A stretch of DNA of 64,000 nt from Octopus vulgaris (Eukaryota). This document shows positions 25,636-38,619 of this stretch, piece by piece. The position numbers and the translations under genes were made by a program. Under the pieces are notes generated by a model, which worked only from the letters and a program-made list of their open reading frames with translations, made no database searches and had not been told where the DNA came from. Position 1 is the first letter of the stretch. The number at the start of each line of letters is the position of its first letter. Where the stretch lies: positions 69,502,001-69,566,000 of the forward strand of contig OX597824.1 in assembly GCA_951406725.2 (NCBI GenBank), read 5' to 3'.

Positions 25636-26778
25636 AACTCCACCACCGCTACAATTAATACCACCACCAACACCACCGGGCAATACCGACATCAACACTA
25701 CAACCACCGCCACCACTTCCAACACCAACACCACGGTCACCACCACCACCACCACTAATAAACAACAAACAGCACCAGCAATGACACTGTCTACACGACA
25801 ACCACCCCCACCAACGCCATCACCGCTACCACTACACTATAACCACTGCCACCACTACCACAACTACCAGTACCATCACAGCCAACACCACCAACACCGC
25901 CACTGATACGACCATTAATGATGACACCGCCATCAGCATCGTTTATAAAATCACAACATCAACCTCAATAACAACGACAACAGCATTAAAATCATCAACA
26001 TCGACAACAATTATAAAGGAAAATAAAAAGAGGAAAGAAAAAAACAACTACCAAGAAAAAAATATGAATAAAGGGACGAAAAAATTTATCATATCAAACA
26101 CAATAACAATAAGAAAAACAAGAAGAACAAGAAGAAACAACAAGCGGTATTTTATAGTGAAGACAACAACGGCCGCCATTTTAGAAGAACAAAGAAAATG
26201 GAAGACGGGTTGGATCGGCAGTAAAGAAGATCATAAACACTTTAGGCGCACATCGATATCAATAAAGTGTTTGTTCGTGTTGTTGTTGCTGCTATCGTTG
26301 CTTTACTCCATATTATTTTTATGTCGTAATTGTTGTCAATGGTGTTGTTGATGTTAGTGTTACCGATACTGTTGTTATATTTTAGTATTGCTGCTGCTGT
26401 TGTTGTTGGTATGGTGGTGGCGTTGGTGGTTTTACGGAGAGGGTGTTAGTGTTTATTTATCATTCTTTGTTTTTATTTTTATTTTTTTATTTTTGCAATA
26501 GTTTTATATTTTCTTTTCTACCTTTCAAGGGTACTGCAACTGTTACCGTATTTAGTTGTGTATAAGCCGCAACGCTTATTTAGTGTTACATCCTGGTACG
26601 AAATGTTTTCCCTTCATAGTTTTACCTTTGCCGCGAATGCCCCAGTTTCTTCAATTGAAATAAATTATAAAATAGTATGGCCTACAGACGATTAAATACG
26701 ATGCTTCTAACCCAGGAAAAGTGACCTCTTCACTTCCAGCACTTTCTTTTGTTGCTCTTCATTGTATGGTCACATATT

Positions 26779-26985
26779 ATGCAGATCGGCTGCATAATGT
26801 GACCTGGTTCGTTGTGAAAAGCAAGGACACTTATTCGATGTTATCAGATCACTAGGCTTAGTTGTGTTGGTATCAACGAGACAAAAATTTCCGAGATGCG
26901 CTAGGTCATACTCTTTTTGTCCCACTACGATAGTTGCACCTCATTCAGACGACCCATATCGAGTTCAGTGATAATTCTGTATTGG
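26779..26985 (+). pseudogene. Tx1/L1-like LINE ORF2 start (APE endonuclease N-terminus), decayed
   Basis: MQIGCI(N)V..K.RTLIR..LSCVGINETKIS matches the APE N-terminal pattern M.I...NV.G....K...L.......ETK; stops and frameshifts present. Confidence 0.55.
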
Positions 26986-27003
26986 AAACGCCTAGATCTA
27001 AAC

Positions 27004-27468
27004 CAGGTGTCGACGAACTTCGTGAGTCATTGACCTATTCATGAATTCATTCATAACTTATTGAATCCCATTATGTAAATTTTTAAAGTATAATTAAAAA
27101 GTATAATTGATTTTTAAAAAAGGGTCCTAATTTAAAACAATAATTCTTTCGTTCCTTCGTGTCATTACCGCTTTTTAATAAGAAATATTTAAAGATATTT
27201 AACGAAAATACTTAATGAAAGTGATGAAGAACAATAAAATCTGAGTCAACGGAATATTTAATGTGAAATATGCGTTTGGTGAATACTAATTATGCATCGA
27301 TATTTGTTTGGAAATTTGTGAGTTTAGCTTTAAGTATTGCTCTCTTCATGATTCAGTTCGCTAATTTAGCATACTTAATGTTCAAAATAGCTTCAGGCAT
27401 TCATTGACCCCTACATAGACTTCCCCTGGGGAGGGGAAGATCAATATCGATCACTTTGCCGATTCGTG
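27004..27468. mobile_element. hAT-type MITE
   Basis: Ends CAGGTGTCGACGAAC / ACTTTGCCGATTCGTG resemble CAGGGGTCGGCAAAC TIRs; 8-bp TSD-like ATCTAAAC / ATCTAGAA (Charlie-type NTCTAGAN). Confidence 0.6.
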
Positions 27469-27498
27469 ATCTAGAAGTAAGTCCTTTTTTTTTTTTTT

Positions 27499-27832
27499 GG
27501 ATCTTACTTTACCTTTTGACCGGCAGATTGAGAAAATAATTTTTTGTAACTAAACACTTTCAAACTTCGTAGACTGGTAGAATGTGTCATATAAAACATC
27601 CTTTGTGAACTTAGATATTTTATATTCAGCTGAATACACGTCATTGATTGGTTGAAATTACCGAAATACGACAACTTTAAAATGAAATAACTTCGTAAAT
27701 ATAAACTTTTCTCGAAAACGCTAAGAATAAAAGATATTTTATATGACACATTCTACCAGTAAACGAAGTTTGAAAGTGTTTAGTTACAAAAAATTATTTT
27801 CTAAATCTGCCGGTCAAAAAAGTTAAAGATCC
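27499..27832. mobile_element. Long-TIR MITE (Mutator-like)
   Basis: About 100-bp inverted repeats starting GGATCT / ending AGATCC (..TTTGACCGGCAGATT..CTGGTAGAATGTGTCATATAAAA..); oligo-T on both flanks. Confidence 0.85.
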
Positions 27833-27889
27833 TTTTTTTTTTATTATAACCGAACTATAGATCAATGGTTTTAAATGTCAACAATACTA

Positions 27890-28480
27890 AATACGTCTGT
27901 GGTGCCTTCAGACCAGGGATGGACGGTTGCGTTAGACTATACACCTGCAGGAACTCAAAGAACATCTTATTTATTTCGTTAGAGAGCACTCGGAATACTC
28001 GCTTGGACACAGACAGAGATTATGTAGGGTTATCCAACAGAAAACGGGTACAAAAACATCACAAATTTGCTGAAAGGGATACAACCGTCTGTCAGGTCCC
28101 GCCTCGATAACCTAAATGTACTCATGGATAAAACTTTTCGTTAGGTTAGCCAAGAGGCTTAGTGAAAGTTGTCAACATTTTCGGACACTTGTTTGAACGT
28201 ACGACAAATCTGGAATCTGCATCTTCTACTTAGATAGGAGAAATAAACAGTGACTCCGTTACGAGAAGCTGCAGGCAACTTTCCCGACACTGAAAGATTT
28301 ATAGGGCCGGATTAGCGAAGTAACAAAGCGAGAAATGACAAGGACCATCATCAACATCACGAAGTGTGTGTCGCTAAAAACAAAATTAGAGCAACAACCG
28401 TTACCTTTATCAAAGAAATAACAAGAGAGAAGAGAAAAGTTGGCTAGGAGTTAATCAGTCGATTAGAAAAGGGACAAAGA
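27890..28480 (+). pseudogene. Tx1-like LINE ORF2 continuation (APE C-terminal half and linker), decayed
   Basis: Patches GAFR, LDTDRDYVG..NRK, RLDNLNV, YLDR, KL..TFPTLKDL.GRISEVTKRE; many stops. Confidence 0.5.
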
Positions 28481-28543
28481 AGACACCTCCGATACAATGT
28501 GCCAGTGGATTATAATGGTACTCCACGAAACACCAAGAATATG

Positions 28544-28782
28544 TCCTTATTCTTTGTAAGCCTAGTACTTATTCTATAGGTCTCTTTGCCGAACCACTAA
28601 GTTACGGGGACGGAAACACACCAGCATCGGTTGTCAAGCGATGTTGGGGGGACAAACAAAGACACTCAAACATATACACACACATACATATATACGACGG
28701 GCTTCTTTCAGTTTCCGTCTATCAAATCCACTCATAAGGCTCATAAGCAAGCTACTTACCACACAGCCACTCCTGCGCCTAT
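28544..28782 (-). mobile_element. SINE family A with internal deletion
   Basis: Matches family A; deletion junction carries a duplicated CTCATAAG. Confidence 0.85.
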
Positions 28783-29478
28783 ATATACACATTATATTCA
28801 CACGCGCACATAAATATATTTGTGTGTGTGTGTGTGTGTGTGTGTTTGTATGTGTGCGCGCGCGCGTGCGTGGGTGGGTGACCATATCAAGACCCGACCT
28901 TATTTTGGCTACAACCACTATCACCAACAGCAAAACCACAACAGTAACCTTAAGCATCACAATTTTGAAAATACACAAGGGACGTCACTACAACAACAAC
29001 CACTACTATCGCAACAATCACAACCACAAGCAACACTACCACCCCAACAACCACATATGATACTACTACTATAGTCAGCATAAACCCCTATAGAAACTAC
29101 TGAGACGAGGACTGCATACAATCTGGATTAAAAACAAAAAAACTCACCACTGCTACAATCATTACCATCGCAACCAACACCACACCCATTAACACCACCA
29201 CAACTGCCAATAGCACCACCATCAAACTCCCCTACAATGCCACAACCAATATCATCCCCAGCGCCAACACTACACTACGATTCACACAAATCCTCTGTTC
29301 CTGAAATCAATAAACGTCTCCATGATTATTTTAATTTTTTTCTTTTTTCCTTCCATTTTAAAAGATGTCTGACACAAGATCACATTTTCTTCTAATTGTT
29401 TGTTTGTGATTCCATATTTGTAATTGTTGTTGCTGTTATTGTTGTTGTTGTTGTTGTGTATTATTATTATTATTATTA

Positions 29479-29552
<74 letters not shown>

Positions 29553-29664
29553 TCTGAGAAGTGTTATTGATCTGTTTACTTTGTTCTGTACTTATGTTAT
29601 ACAATTCTTTACATTATTTTTATTATTGGTGTTGTTGCTTAATTATTATTATTATTATTATTAT

Positions 29665-29700
<36 letters not shown>

Positions 29701-29857
29701 AAGTAGTAGTAGTAGTAGTAGTAGTATGTTTTGCTGTTTTATTCAAACCCCAACTGAGCCGGAAATAAGTAAAAGGTTTTTTTAACTACGAGACACCGAT
29801 ACTTTACAGATTTTTTTTCTTTTTGTATAACTATTACCATTATTCGATGCAGTAGAG

Positions 29858-30480
29858 GGGTACGAGCTGGCAGAATCGCTAGCAACGACGGACAAAATTC
29901 TTAGCTATGTTTCGTCCGTCTTTATGCACCGAGTTCAAATTCCTCCAACGTCAAGTTGGAGTTTCAGCCTTTCGAGTTCGATAAAATAAGTACCAGCTGA
30001 GCACTGGGATCTATGTAATTGACGTAACCACACGGTCGAAATTGCTGGCCTTGTGCCAAAATTTGAAGCCAATAGTAGCTGAAACAAAGAGCCGTGAGCT
30101 AGCAGAAGCGTTAACCCGCCGGACAAATTTCTTAGCGAAATTTCGTCCGTTTTTGCACTCTGTGTTCAAATTTCACTTAGATCGTCAACTTTGCTTTTCA
30201 TTTTTTGGGGTCGATGAAATATGTACCAGCTGCGCACTGGTGGTCGATGTAATCGACTTACCCTTCCCTAAAATGTCATGCCTTGTGCCTATAATAGAAA
30301 GGATTATTATATGAAAGTGGCAAGCTAGCAGAATCTTTACTGTGCCGGGCAAAATGCTTAGCGGCATTTCGTCCGTCTTTGAGTTCAAATACCACAATGG
30401 TCGATTTTTGAGTACTAGGGGTCGATGTAATCGACTTATCTCGTTCCCCGAAATTGCTGGCCTTCTGCCAAAATATGAAG
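29858..30480 (+). mobile_element. Three tandem decayed SINE family C copies
   Basis: Heads GAGCTGGCAGAATC, GAGCTAGCAGAAGC and AAGCTAGCAGAATC near 29864, 30097 and 30322. Confidence 0.8.
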
Positions 30481-30577
30481 TCATCACTATCATCGTCATC
30501 ATCATCATCATCATCATCGTCATCGTCGTTGTTGTCGTCCTTGTTGCTGCTACTGTTGCTGCTGCTGTTGTTGGCTA

Positions 30578-31000
30578 AGAGTGATGACATTCTCGAGGAA
30601 ATTCTAGGCGCCGACGTGGATGAACTAGCTGATCTGATTCGATGGACTTTTCGGCCTAGAACAACCATGGATAATTTCCAGAAATCTCTAGCCTAGCAAT
30701 GCAACAGAGGATTACTACCGGTTCGAGATATACTCTACAAACATAGAAGTACCACCAGGTAGGATTGCTAGCGATGCGTGCAGAGCGACGAAATCATAAA
30801 GCACGCATATGTACAGAGTCCGAGCTTGGCTGACTTTTAGAGTTATGTTGAATAGATGTAATTGCCTATAGGACGAAACCGGATATCGGCCGAGTCCATC
30901 GTAGGGATCACACCGCTACTCTCTTTTAACAGATGCAGGCGGTGTTCTGCCAAGGGACTATGGAGAGATTGAGTGGTCTTCGAGGCTGAAAGGATTAGGA
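30578..31000 (+). pseudogene. Tx1-like LINE ORF2 C-terminal zf-RVT region, decayed
   Basis: FQKSLA*QCNRGLLPVRDILYKH..C*RC..DEIIKHAYVQ fits the W...G.LP.RD.L..C..C...E...H zf-RVT pattern. Confidence 0.6.
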
Positions 31001-31039
31001 AAAATACCCTCTTCTCCAGTTAAGCCCTCATCGAATTTT

Positions 31040-31275
31040 TAGCTTTCACTTGGAAAGTTAGACAGGGTGGAAGGTGAAGTGCTATCTCCCAGTGAATTGG
31101 AACACGTGGGTAACTGTGGCAGAAATGGTTCGGGTGAATGGACCAGCTCTAAACATTGGGGTACAATAGTTGGGTGGAGGCACGTACCTTTGGTTGTCAA
31201 GGTGATTCTGGATCTGTGGTGTTCTTTAACTGGCCCTAGTTGGAGCTTCTCCTGTATCACGAGGTTTTCATAATG
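31040..31275. repeat. Dispersed repeat of unknown class; inverted homologue at about 35190-35350
   Basis: CACGT(A/G)CCTTTGGTTGTCA(A/G)GGT..TCTGTGGT..TTCTTT..CTG.CCCTA.GTTGGAG shared in opposite orientation. Confidence 0.65.
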
Positions 31276-31441
31276 CATGTATTCACAAGCTTTTGTATAT
31301 AGCGTGTATACTTTTATCTTATTTCACCCTCTTTTCCCTTTCTTTCCGGTCATCTTTTACGTAAACCCTTCATCAGTACCCCTTTGGCTAACAAAGAAAT
31401 CATTATTATTGTTGTTGCTGTTGTTGTTGTTGTTGTTGTTA

Positions 31442-31663
31442 AGGCGGTGAGCTGGCAGAATCGTTGACACGCCGGAATAAATATTTAGCAGCATTTCGCC
31501 CGTCTTTACGTTCAGAGTTCAGATTCTGCCGAGGTTGAATTTTGTCTCTCAAGCTTTCGGGGTCGATAAATTAAGTAGCAGTGAAACACTGAGGTCGATG
31601 TAATGTAAACGACTAGTCTCCTCCCACAAAATTTCAGGCCCTGTGCCTTTAGTAGAAAGGATT
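31442..31663 (+). mobile_element. SINE family C (partial copies also at 31998-32123 and 34316-34443)
   Basis: GGCGGTGAGCTGGCAGAATCG..GAGTTCAGATTC..GGGGTCGATAAATTAAGTA. Confidence 0.85.
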
Positions 31664-32125
31664 ATTATTATCACTGTTTGACATTTGATAGCTTCAAATA
31701 CATTACTGCTACACCTCTGGGTTGCTGAGGTGCGTCCAACACTGTGTGTTCTCTTTTGTTGTTAACTCTTTCCAGTATTACATTGCATCAGTTTGTTTCA
31801 TTAGCCGTTTGACTTGAGTCATTTGTTGTATCAGTGCTTGTATTGTGTGCTGTGTGTAATACGACTTGTATTCTTCTGTCGGGTATCCAACCTGTAGAGT
31901 ACATGTTGAGGAAGTTGTATATTTTATTGAGCATTTACTATGTACAGTATGTCTTGTGTTTGCAGATTGTTTTATATGGGTTGTGCAATTATTATTATTC
32001 GAGGTTGACTTTGTCTTTCATCCTTTCAGGGTCGATAAGTTAAGAACCAGTCAAGTACTGGGGTCGATGTAATCAACTATCTCCATCCCCACAAATTCCA
32101 GGCCTTGTGCCTATAGTAGAAAGCA

Positions 32126-32175
<50 letters not shown>

Positions 32176-32213
32176 GTTGTTATTATTTTTATTGTTGTTG
32201 TTATTATTATTAT

Positions 32214-32410
32214 TTAGTGAGAGAGCAGTGCATGCCATCAAAGTGACACTGGGGCAAAATATACGCAACCTAGTACACTCATCATGACTACCCGTCTGAT
32301 AAGGATACACCAGGTACATGCATCACAACCATATGTGCACGACATGGTGATCTCATATCAAGATAAACAGCACATGACCTTGCAGGTGGGGCCCAGTTAG
32401 AATTTTCTTC
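32214..32410 (-). mobile_element. Probable 3' UTR of an R4/Dong-like LINE ending in (TAA)n
   Basis: Non-coding block bounded by TAA tracts, directly downstream of the minus-strand RT fragment. Confidence 0.5.
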
Positions 32411-32483
<73 letters not shown>

Positions 32484-32487
32484 ATAG

Positions 32488-32519
<32 letters not shown>

Positions 32520-32522
<3 letters not shown>

Positions 32523-34195
32523 TAGTTTTATTTTATAATAGTTTTCTAGCTGTATAAGGCCTCTACGACCTTCTATACGTTCTATATATAGCCTTTCTAT
32601 GTCAGATTTTGGGTGGTGCATTCTAGATCCTGTCATTATTTTTCTTGTTTTCCTGTCCATTTTAGTTAATTTATTTGGTGTCCAGTTAAGGACATAGTAG
32701 CTGTAACTTATAACTGGAACGGCTAAAGTGTTAATACCTATTATCTTGTTTTTAGCATTGAGCTCTGTTTTCAGTATTAATCTAACTCGTCTACAGTATT
32801 CTTTCTTTACTTTCTCCTTCATTTGTGTGTGTTGTATCATATCTAGTTCATTGATTCCTAAAAATTTGTATGTCTGGCTTTGGTCTAATCCTCTTATTTC
32901 ATTGGCTTTATCTAGTATGATGTTGCTACTCTTAACTAGTTTTCCTCTTTTCAGGGTTGCTTTGGCACATTTTTCTAATTCAAATTTCATATCTATTTCT
33001 TTGGTAAACCCATGTACTGTTTGTAGAAGTGTTTCCAACTGTTTATCATTTGTAGCGTATAGTTTTAGGCCATCCATATATGAAAGGTGGCTGATTGTTT
33101 TGCCATAACATTTGTATCCACATTCAGTTCTATTTAGCATGACAGATAGAGGTGACAGTGCCAAGCAGAAAAGGAGTGAAGAGAGCGTATCTCCCTGGAA
33201 TATTCCTCTTCTAACGGGGATACCTTTGGTTTTCACGAGTCTCTCTTTTGTTTGGAGTTGTAGCACTGTCTGCCATTTATTCATAGAGTGTCTTATGTAT
33301 TTTATAATTATTGGTGCTACCTTGTTGATGGGTAGTGTTTCAAGGATCCACGTGTGGAGAATACTATCAAAAGCCTTTCGGTAGTCGATCTAGGCCATAC
33401 TGAGTCCTTTCTTCTTTCTGCTGCTGTCTTCAGTTATGGCTTTATTGATCATTAGTTGATCTTTACAGCCGTAAAAGCCTTTGCAGCATCCCTTCTGCTC
33501 TTCTGGAAACAGGTTGTTTTCTTCCAGATGCTTGCTCAATCTCTGCGATATTATTGCAGTGAAGGCTTTGTAAATTGTAGGGAGACAGGTTATAGGTCTG
33601 TAATTTTGTGGTTTTGCCACTTTGGTGGATTTGGAAATTAGGATAGTTTTCCCTTTCGTGAGCCATTCAGGCATTGTCTCTAGCTCTGCTAGTATGTCGT
33701 TAAAGTTTTCTGCCAGCTTTTTGTGTATTCCTGTCAGATATTTTAACCAGAAGTTGGGGATCTTGTCGTGCCCAGGTGCCCTCCAGTTGCTTAGTCTTTG
33801 CAATGCCTGGGTGACCTCTTCAGGGGTCTAGAGTTGCCCAGGTGCTAAGTTCGTTGTTTTAATAGTCCATTTCTGAGGTTCTTCCTTCACCGACCATATT
33901 TCTTTCCAAAATTCTTCGGCAGTTGGTGCTGCAGTAATTTCTATTTTATTTTTGCCAAGTTCTTGGTAGAATTTTGGGGGGTTGAAGTTGAACTGTTTGT
34001 TTTGTCCAAAGAAACATTGGCGTTTCTCATACCGGCGGGTCCTTTGTGCTTTGGCAAGGATATCTTACTTTAGCTTTTCTTTTACCTCAGGTAAATTTTT
34101 TTCTGTAATGTAGTATTTGCACAGTATTTTTGTTTTCTTCTTGTTACTTAGTAGTGTTGACTGTCTACTAATTTCGTTAAGAATCGACAGATCTT
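32520..34195 (-). pseudogene. R4/Dong-clade non-LTR retrotransposon reverse transcriptase fragment
   Basis: WRAPGHDKIPNFWLK, NYRPITCLPTIYK, EQKGC, *IDYRKAFDS, RGIFQGDTLS, YMDG (decayed YMDD), HPKSDIERLY..GRRGL; in-frame stop at 33390; TAA tracts on both flanks. Confidence 0.93.
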
Positions 34196-34232
34196 TTCTC
34201 TTTTTTTCACATCATCATCATCATCATCATCA

Positions 34233-34314
<82 letters not shown>

Positions 34315-34446
34315 CCGAGAACGGCTTTGCCTTTCATCCCTTTTGATGTCGATAAATTAAGTACCGTTGTAACACTGGAGCCGATGCGATTGACTAGTCC
34401 TCTCCCCAAACTTTCAGGTCTTGTGTCTTTAGTAGAAAGGATTATC

Positions 34447-34488
<42 letters not shown>

Positions 34489-34888
34489 ATAGCCTTTACT
34501 TCTCTATTTCTAAATATAATGGATCATTTGTTTATATTATGGGTGTCTCCTCTTCAATCCCATTCTAGTCTCTTCTCCATTATGTGTGTGTATTTTTATA
34601 CATTTTTGTTAGATTACCGTTGTTTTTCTTTTTTCTTTATATTCTCTTTACTCGCTCTTCTCTACTATGTAAACCTCGACATCCTCTTCATCTTCCTACT
34701 TAAGTAGATATTGAGCTACCATTTCACTGGAGTAAAGAAAGTATAACAACGATAGCGACGACGACAAAGAAAACCATAAAGAGCGAAGAAATTATGTAAA
34801 CATCCGTATATGAAGCCAGAGATGATCATAATATGATGCTGGACAATAGGAAGATCCCAATGATCAGTTAATTAGTGAGTGTCGGTGA

Positions 34889-35128
34889 AGGTGGGTTAGT
34901 GGTTAGGGTATTTGGGTCGCGATCGTAAGGCCGAGTGTTCAATTCTCGGCGGCGCGTTGTATCCTTGAGCAAGACACTTTATTTCACGTTGCTCCGGTTT
35001 GTTCTGCTGACAAAAATGGGTAGTGTCTGTATTTCAAAGAGCTATGCTGTATCTCCTTGAGAACTACATTAAGGGTTACCCGTGTCTGTGCATTGCTCAG
35101 CCACTCATACGTAAATTTAAGTAGCAGA
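34889..35128 (+). mobile_element. Decayed SINE family B-related copy
   Basis: TTAGTGGTTAGGGTA..GTTCAATTC..CTTGAGCAAGACACTTTATTTCACGTTGCTCC..GAGAACTACATTAAGGG. Confidence 0.7.
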
Positions 35129-35561
35129 AAAACGAGGTTTTATTCCTGAAGGTTTAGGAAATTATCAAGAGACACGTTTATTAATTTTGAGAAACTCCAA
35201 CTTAGGGTCAGTCAAAGAATACCACAGATCCAGGATTACCCTGACAACCAAAGGCACGTGAATCTACCCAATTTCAAAGGATACTCTGACTTCCATGCAA
35301 TTGTCGTAACACTCCAGCACATTGGAAGTCCTCCCGTAGCGTCTAGAACCTTTGTCACAGACCCCATTTTCGCAATGTCTTTAAAATGACTACTCTTGAA
35401 ATTCTTCTTCAATTTGGAGAACAACCAAAATTAACCGATAAAGGTAAAAGGTAAAGTTACCTGCACGAGTCGTGCCAACTGAATTGGAAGAATTGGTAGT
35501 GATGGTGGTGGTGATGATGATGCTCGTTAGTGTTGGTGGCAATGGTGGCTATCTGTTTATC

Positions 35562-35764
35562 TGTTTCCGTGGCTTACATATTCCCCACCTGGACGAGACG
35601 CCGGTCCATCGCATGATTACTAATTTTCGCCAGTTGAGTGGGCCGGAGCAACGTGAAATGAAGTGTTTTGCTCAAGAACACAACGCGTCACCCGGTCCAG
35701 GAATCGAAACCACAAGCTTACGATCATAAATCCAACACCCCTAACCACTAAGCCACGCGCCTCC
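35562..35764 (-). mobile_element. SINE with a family B-like head and GCGATGGAC..GTCCAG tail
   Basis: Homologous to 54733-54990. Confidence 0.8.
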
Positions 35765-35987
35765 ATAAAAATCACAGGGTGTAAAAGTCTGGACTGCACG
35801 GAAAGTGAGCGACAGTTTTGATACCCATTTCTGTCAAGTCGTTGGTTACCAAGAAGGAAACATGACAAGTAGTGTTTAGTAGGTTGTGACAAGCAGTGCT
35901 TGTAAGGTGTACTCAAGTGCTGCTACAGTCATCACATTCAATCTGGAATGAGAAAAGTTGGCAGGTCAGCTTATTTGATGCATAGCA

Positions 35988-36372
35988 TGAGAAGCACTCC
36001 ATCGGTGACGACGACGAGGGTTCCGGTTGATCCGAATCAACGGAACAGCCTGCTCGTGAAATTAACGTGTAAGTGGCTGAGCACTCCACAGACACGTGTA
36101 CCCTTAACGTAGTTCTCGGGGATATTCAGCGTGACGCAGAGAGTGACAAGGCCGGCCCCTTGAAATACAGGTACAACAGAAACAGGAAGTAAGAGTGAGA
36201 GAAAGTTGTGGTGAAGGAGTACAGCAGGGATCACCACCATCCCCTGACGGAGCCTCGTGGAGCTTTAGGTGTTTTCGCTCAATAAACACTCACAACGCCC
36301 GGTCTGGGAATCGAAACCGCGATCCTATGACCGCGAGTCCGCTGCCCTAACCACTGGGCCATTGCGCCTCCT
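35988..36372 (-). mobile_element. Young full-length SINE family B
   Basis: Near-identical reverse complement of 6853-7241; 14-bp TSD TTTGATGCATAGCA at 35974-35987 and 36373-36386. Confidence 0.93.
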
Positions 36373-36416
36373 TTTGATGCATAGCAATGATATACTAACA
36401 TTACGATAATCTAGAA

Positions 36417-36948
36417 CAGGTTCTCCACTATTTTATACCTATGAACCGCTTTGATTACTATCTTATCTTGGCGAACCTCCATAGCCATACAATGTTTTGA
36501 AAACTAGTTTTATAAAAACTTCTTTCAAAATTCTTTTTTGTTTTTCACACATTTACTTATGTAGGTTGAACTCGTTTCTTGAAATACATACCAGTACATG
36601 CATTTAAAGCAAACATATTTTAAGGCCCCTTAAAAAACTAGTGTGGATCACCAATTGGCTATTTTGCTCCATGGTTCCCATAGCCATTCAATGTTTAAAA
36701 ACTAGTTTTTTTTTTACTCTTTTACTCTTTTGCTTGTTTCAGTCACTTGACTGTGGCCATGCTGGAGCACCGCCTTTTAGTCGAGCAAATCGACCCCAGG
36801 ACTTATTCTTTGTAAGCCTAGTACTTATTCTATCGGTCTCTTTCTCTTTTGCCGTGCCGCTAAGTTACGGGGACGCAAACACACCACCATCGGTTGTCAA
36901 TCGATGCTGGGGGGACAAACACAGACACACAAACATATACATACACAT

Positions 36949-37004
<56 letters not shown>

Positions 37005-37409
37005 GACGGGCTTCTTTCAGTTTCCGTCTACCAAATCCACTCACAAGGGTTTGGTCGGCCCGAGACTATAGTAGAAGACACTTGTCCAAGGTGCCACGCA
37101 GTGGGACTGAACCCGGAACCATGTGGTTGGTAAGCAAGCTACTTACCACACAGCCACTTCTATGCCTAAATTTTAGTTTTATAGAAGCTTCTTTCAAAAT
37201 TCCTATTTAGTTTTCTACAGATTAACTTACGTTGGTAAAATGTTTGAGGAGGAAACTAAACTGTTTCTTACAATAAATACCAATACATGTATTTAAAGAG
37301 ACCCTTAAAATTCTATTGCAGATCCCCAATTTACTATTTTACTGTGTGAACTCCCAAAGATCTTACAGGGACCCTCAGGAGCCATATGGACGCTGCTTGA
37401 GAAACATTG
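36417..37409. mobile_element. hAT-type non-autonomous element with a nested SINE
   Basis: Ends CAGGTTCTCCAC / CTTGAGAAACATTG; TSD-like ATCTAGAA / CATTAGAA; homologous to 6591-7374. Confidence 0.6.
36713..37165 (-). mobile_element. Full-length SINE family A
   Basis: Complete head-to-tail match. Confidence 0.9.
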
Positions 37410-37452
37410 CATTAGAACAATTTTAACGGCCTCTCCAAAATAAAATCTCATA

Positions 37453-37840
37453 TCTTATTTCTTTATTGCCCACAAGGGGCTAGACATAGAGGGGACAAAC
37501 AGGGACAGTGCGTAACTGGTACTTAATTTATCGACCCCGAAAGGATGAGAGGCAAAGTCGACCTCGGCGGAATTTGAACTCAGAACGTAGCGGCAAACGA
37601 AATACCTATTTCTTTACTACCCACAAGGGGCTAAACACAGAGAGGACAAACAAGGACAGACAAACGGAATAAGTTGATTATATCGACCCCAGTGCGTAAC
37701 TGGTACTTAATGTATAGACCCCGAAAGGATGAAAGGCAAAGTCGACCTCGACGGAATTTGAACTCAAAACGTAAAGATAGACGAAATATGGCTACGCATT
37801 TCGCCCCGTGTGCTAACGTTTCTGCCAGCTCGCCGCCTTC
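37453..37840 (-). mobile_element. Two tandem SINE family C copies
   Basis: CCCACAAGGGGCTA..CGACCCCGAAAGGATGA..GTCGACCTCG..GGAATTTGAACTCA present twice. Confidence 0.9.
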
Positions 37841-38261
37841 TCATATCTTCTGGAATGCACCTCGTAGGTCACGAAACTGAGAACCAGACTCGAACCTCCT
37901 AAAGATCAACTGCAAATCGAACAGCTTAACCACAGAGCCTTTGGGAGGATCAATTCTGCGCATCCCGGTTCGAGTCTCTCTCGTTGCTATATAGTTGTTG
38001 TTTATTATTGTCATCGTTGTTGTTGTTGTTGTTGTTTATTGTTGTTATCGTTGTTCTTGTTGCTATTGTTGTTTATTGTGGTCCTTGCTTGTTTATTTAT
38101 TTATCTGTTTATCTCGTTATTTATTTATTTATTCTTTTGTAATGTCGTGCCTATTCATTGCTATTGTTGAGTCTCTCGCTATTGCTTTCACTTAACTGCG
38201 TCTCGTGTGTTTATATATCTGTGGTCTGTCTACATATATATATGTATATATATACGTATAC

Positions 38262-38320
<59 letters not shown>

Positions 38321-38512
38321 TGTGTGTATGTGCGTGTGTGTGTCTGTCTCGTTTCGTTTCATCATCATTGGTTTTTAAATGATAATCACAGTCACTCCTA
38401 CTGTTGTGGTGATATCTTATATATCTACTTGTATGTGTATATACATGCATACATACACACACGCATATATACCAACATATATATCTAGTCACGCACATAC
38501 ACACACACATAC

Positions 38513-38555
<43 letters not shown>

Positions 38556-38588
38556 TATATGTATATATATATATATATATACAAATAC

Positions 38589-38619
<31 letters not shown>

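Noticed and set aside
24814-25906. Mucin-, extensin- or glycine-rich protein ORFs
   Set aside because: 36-bp minisatellite open in four frames; no signal peptide or domain
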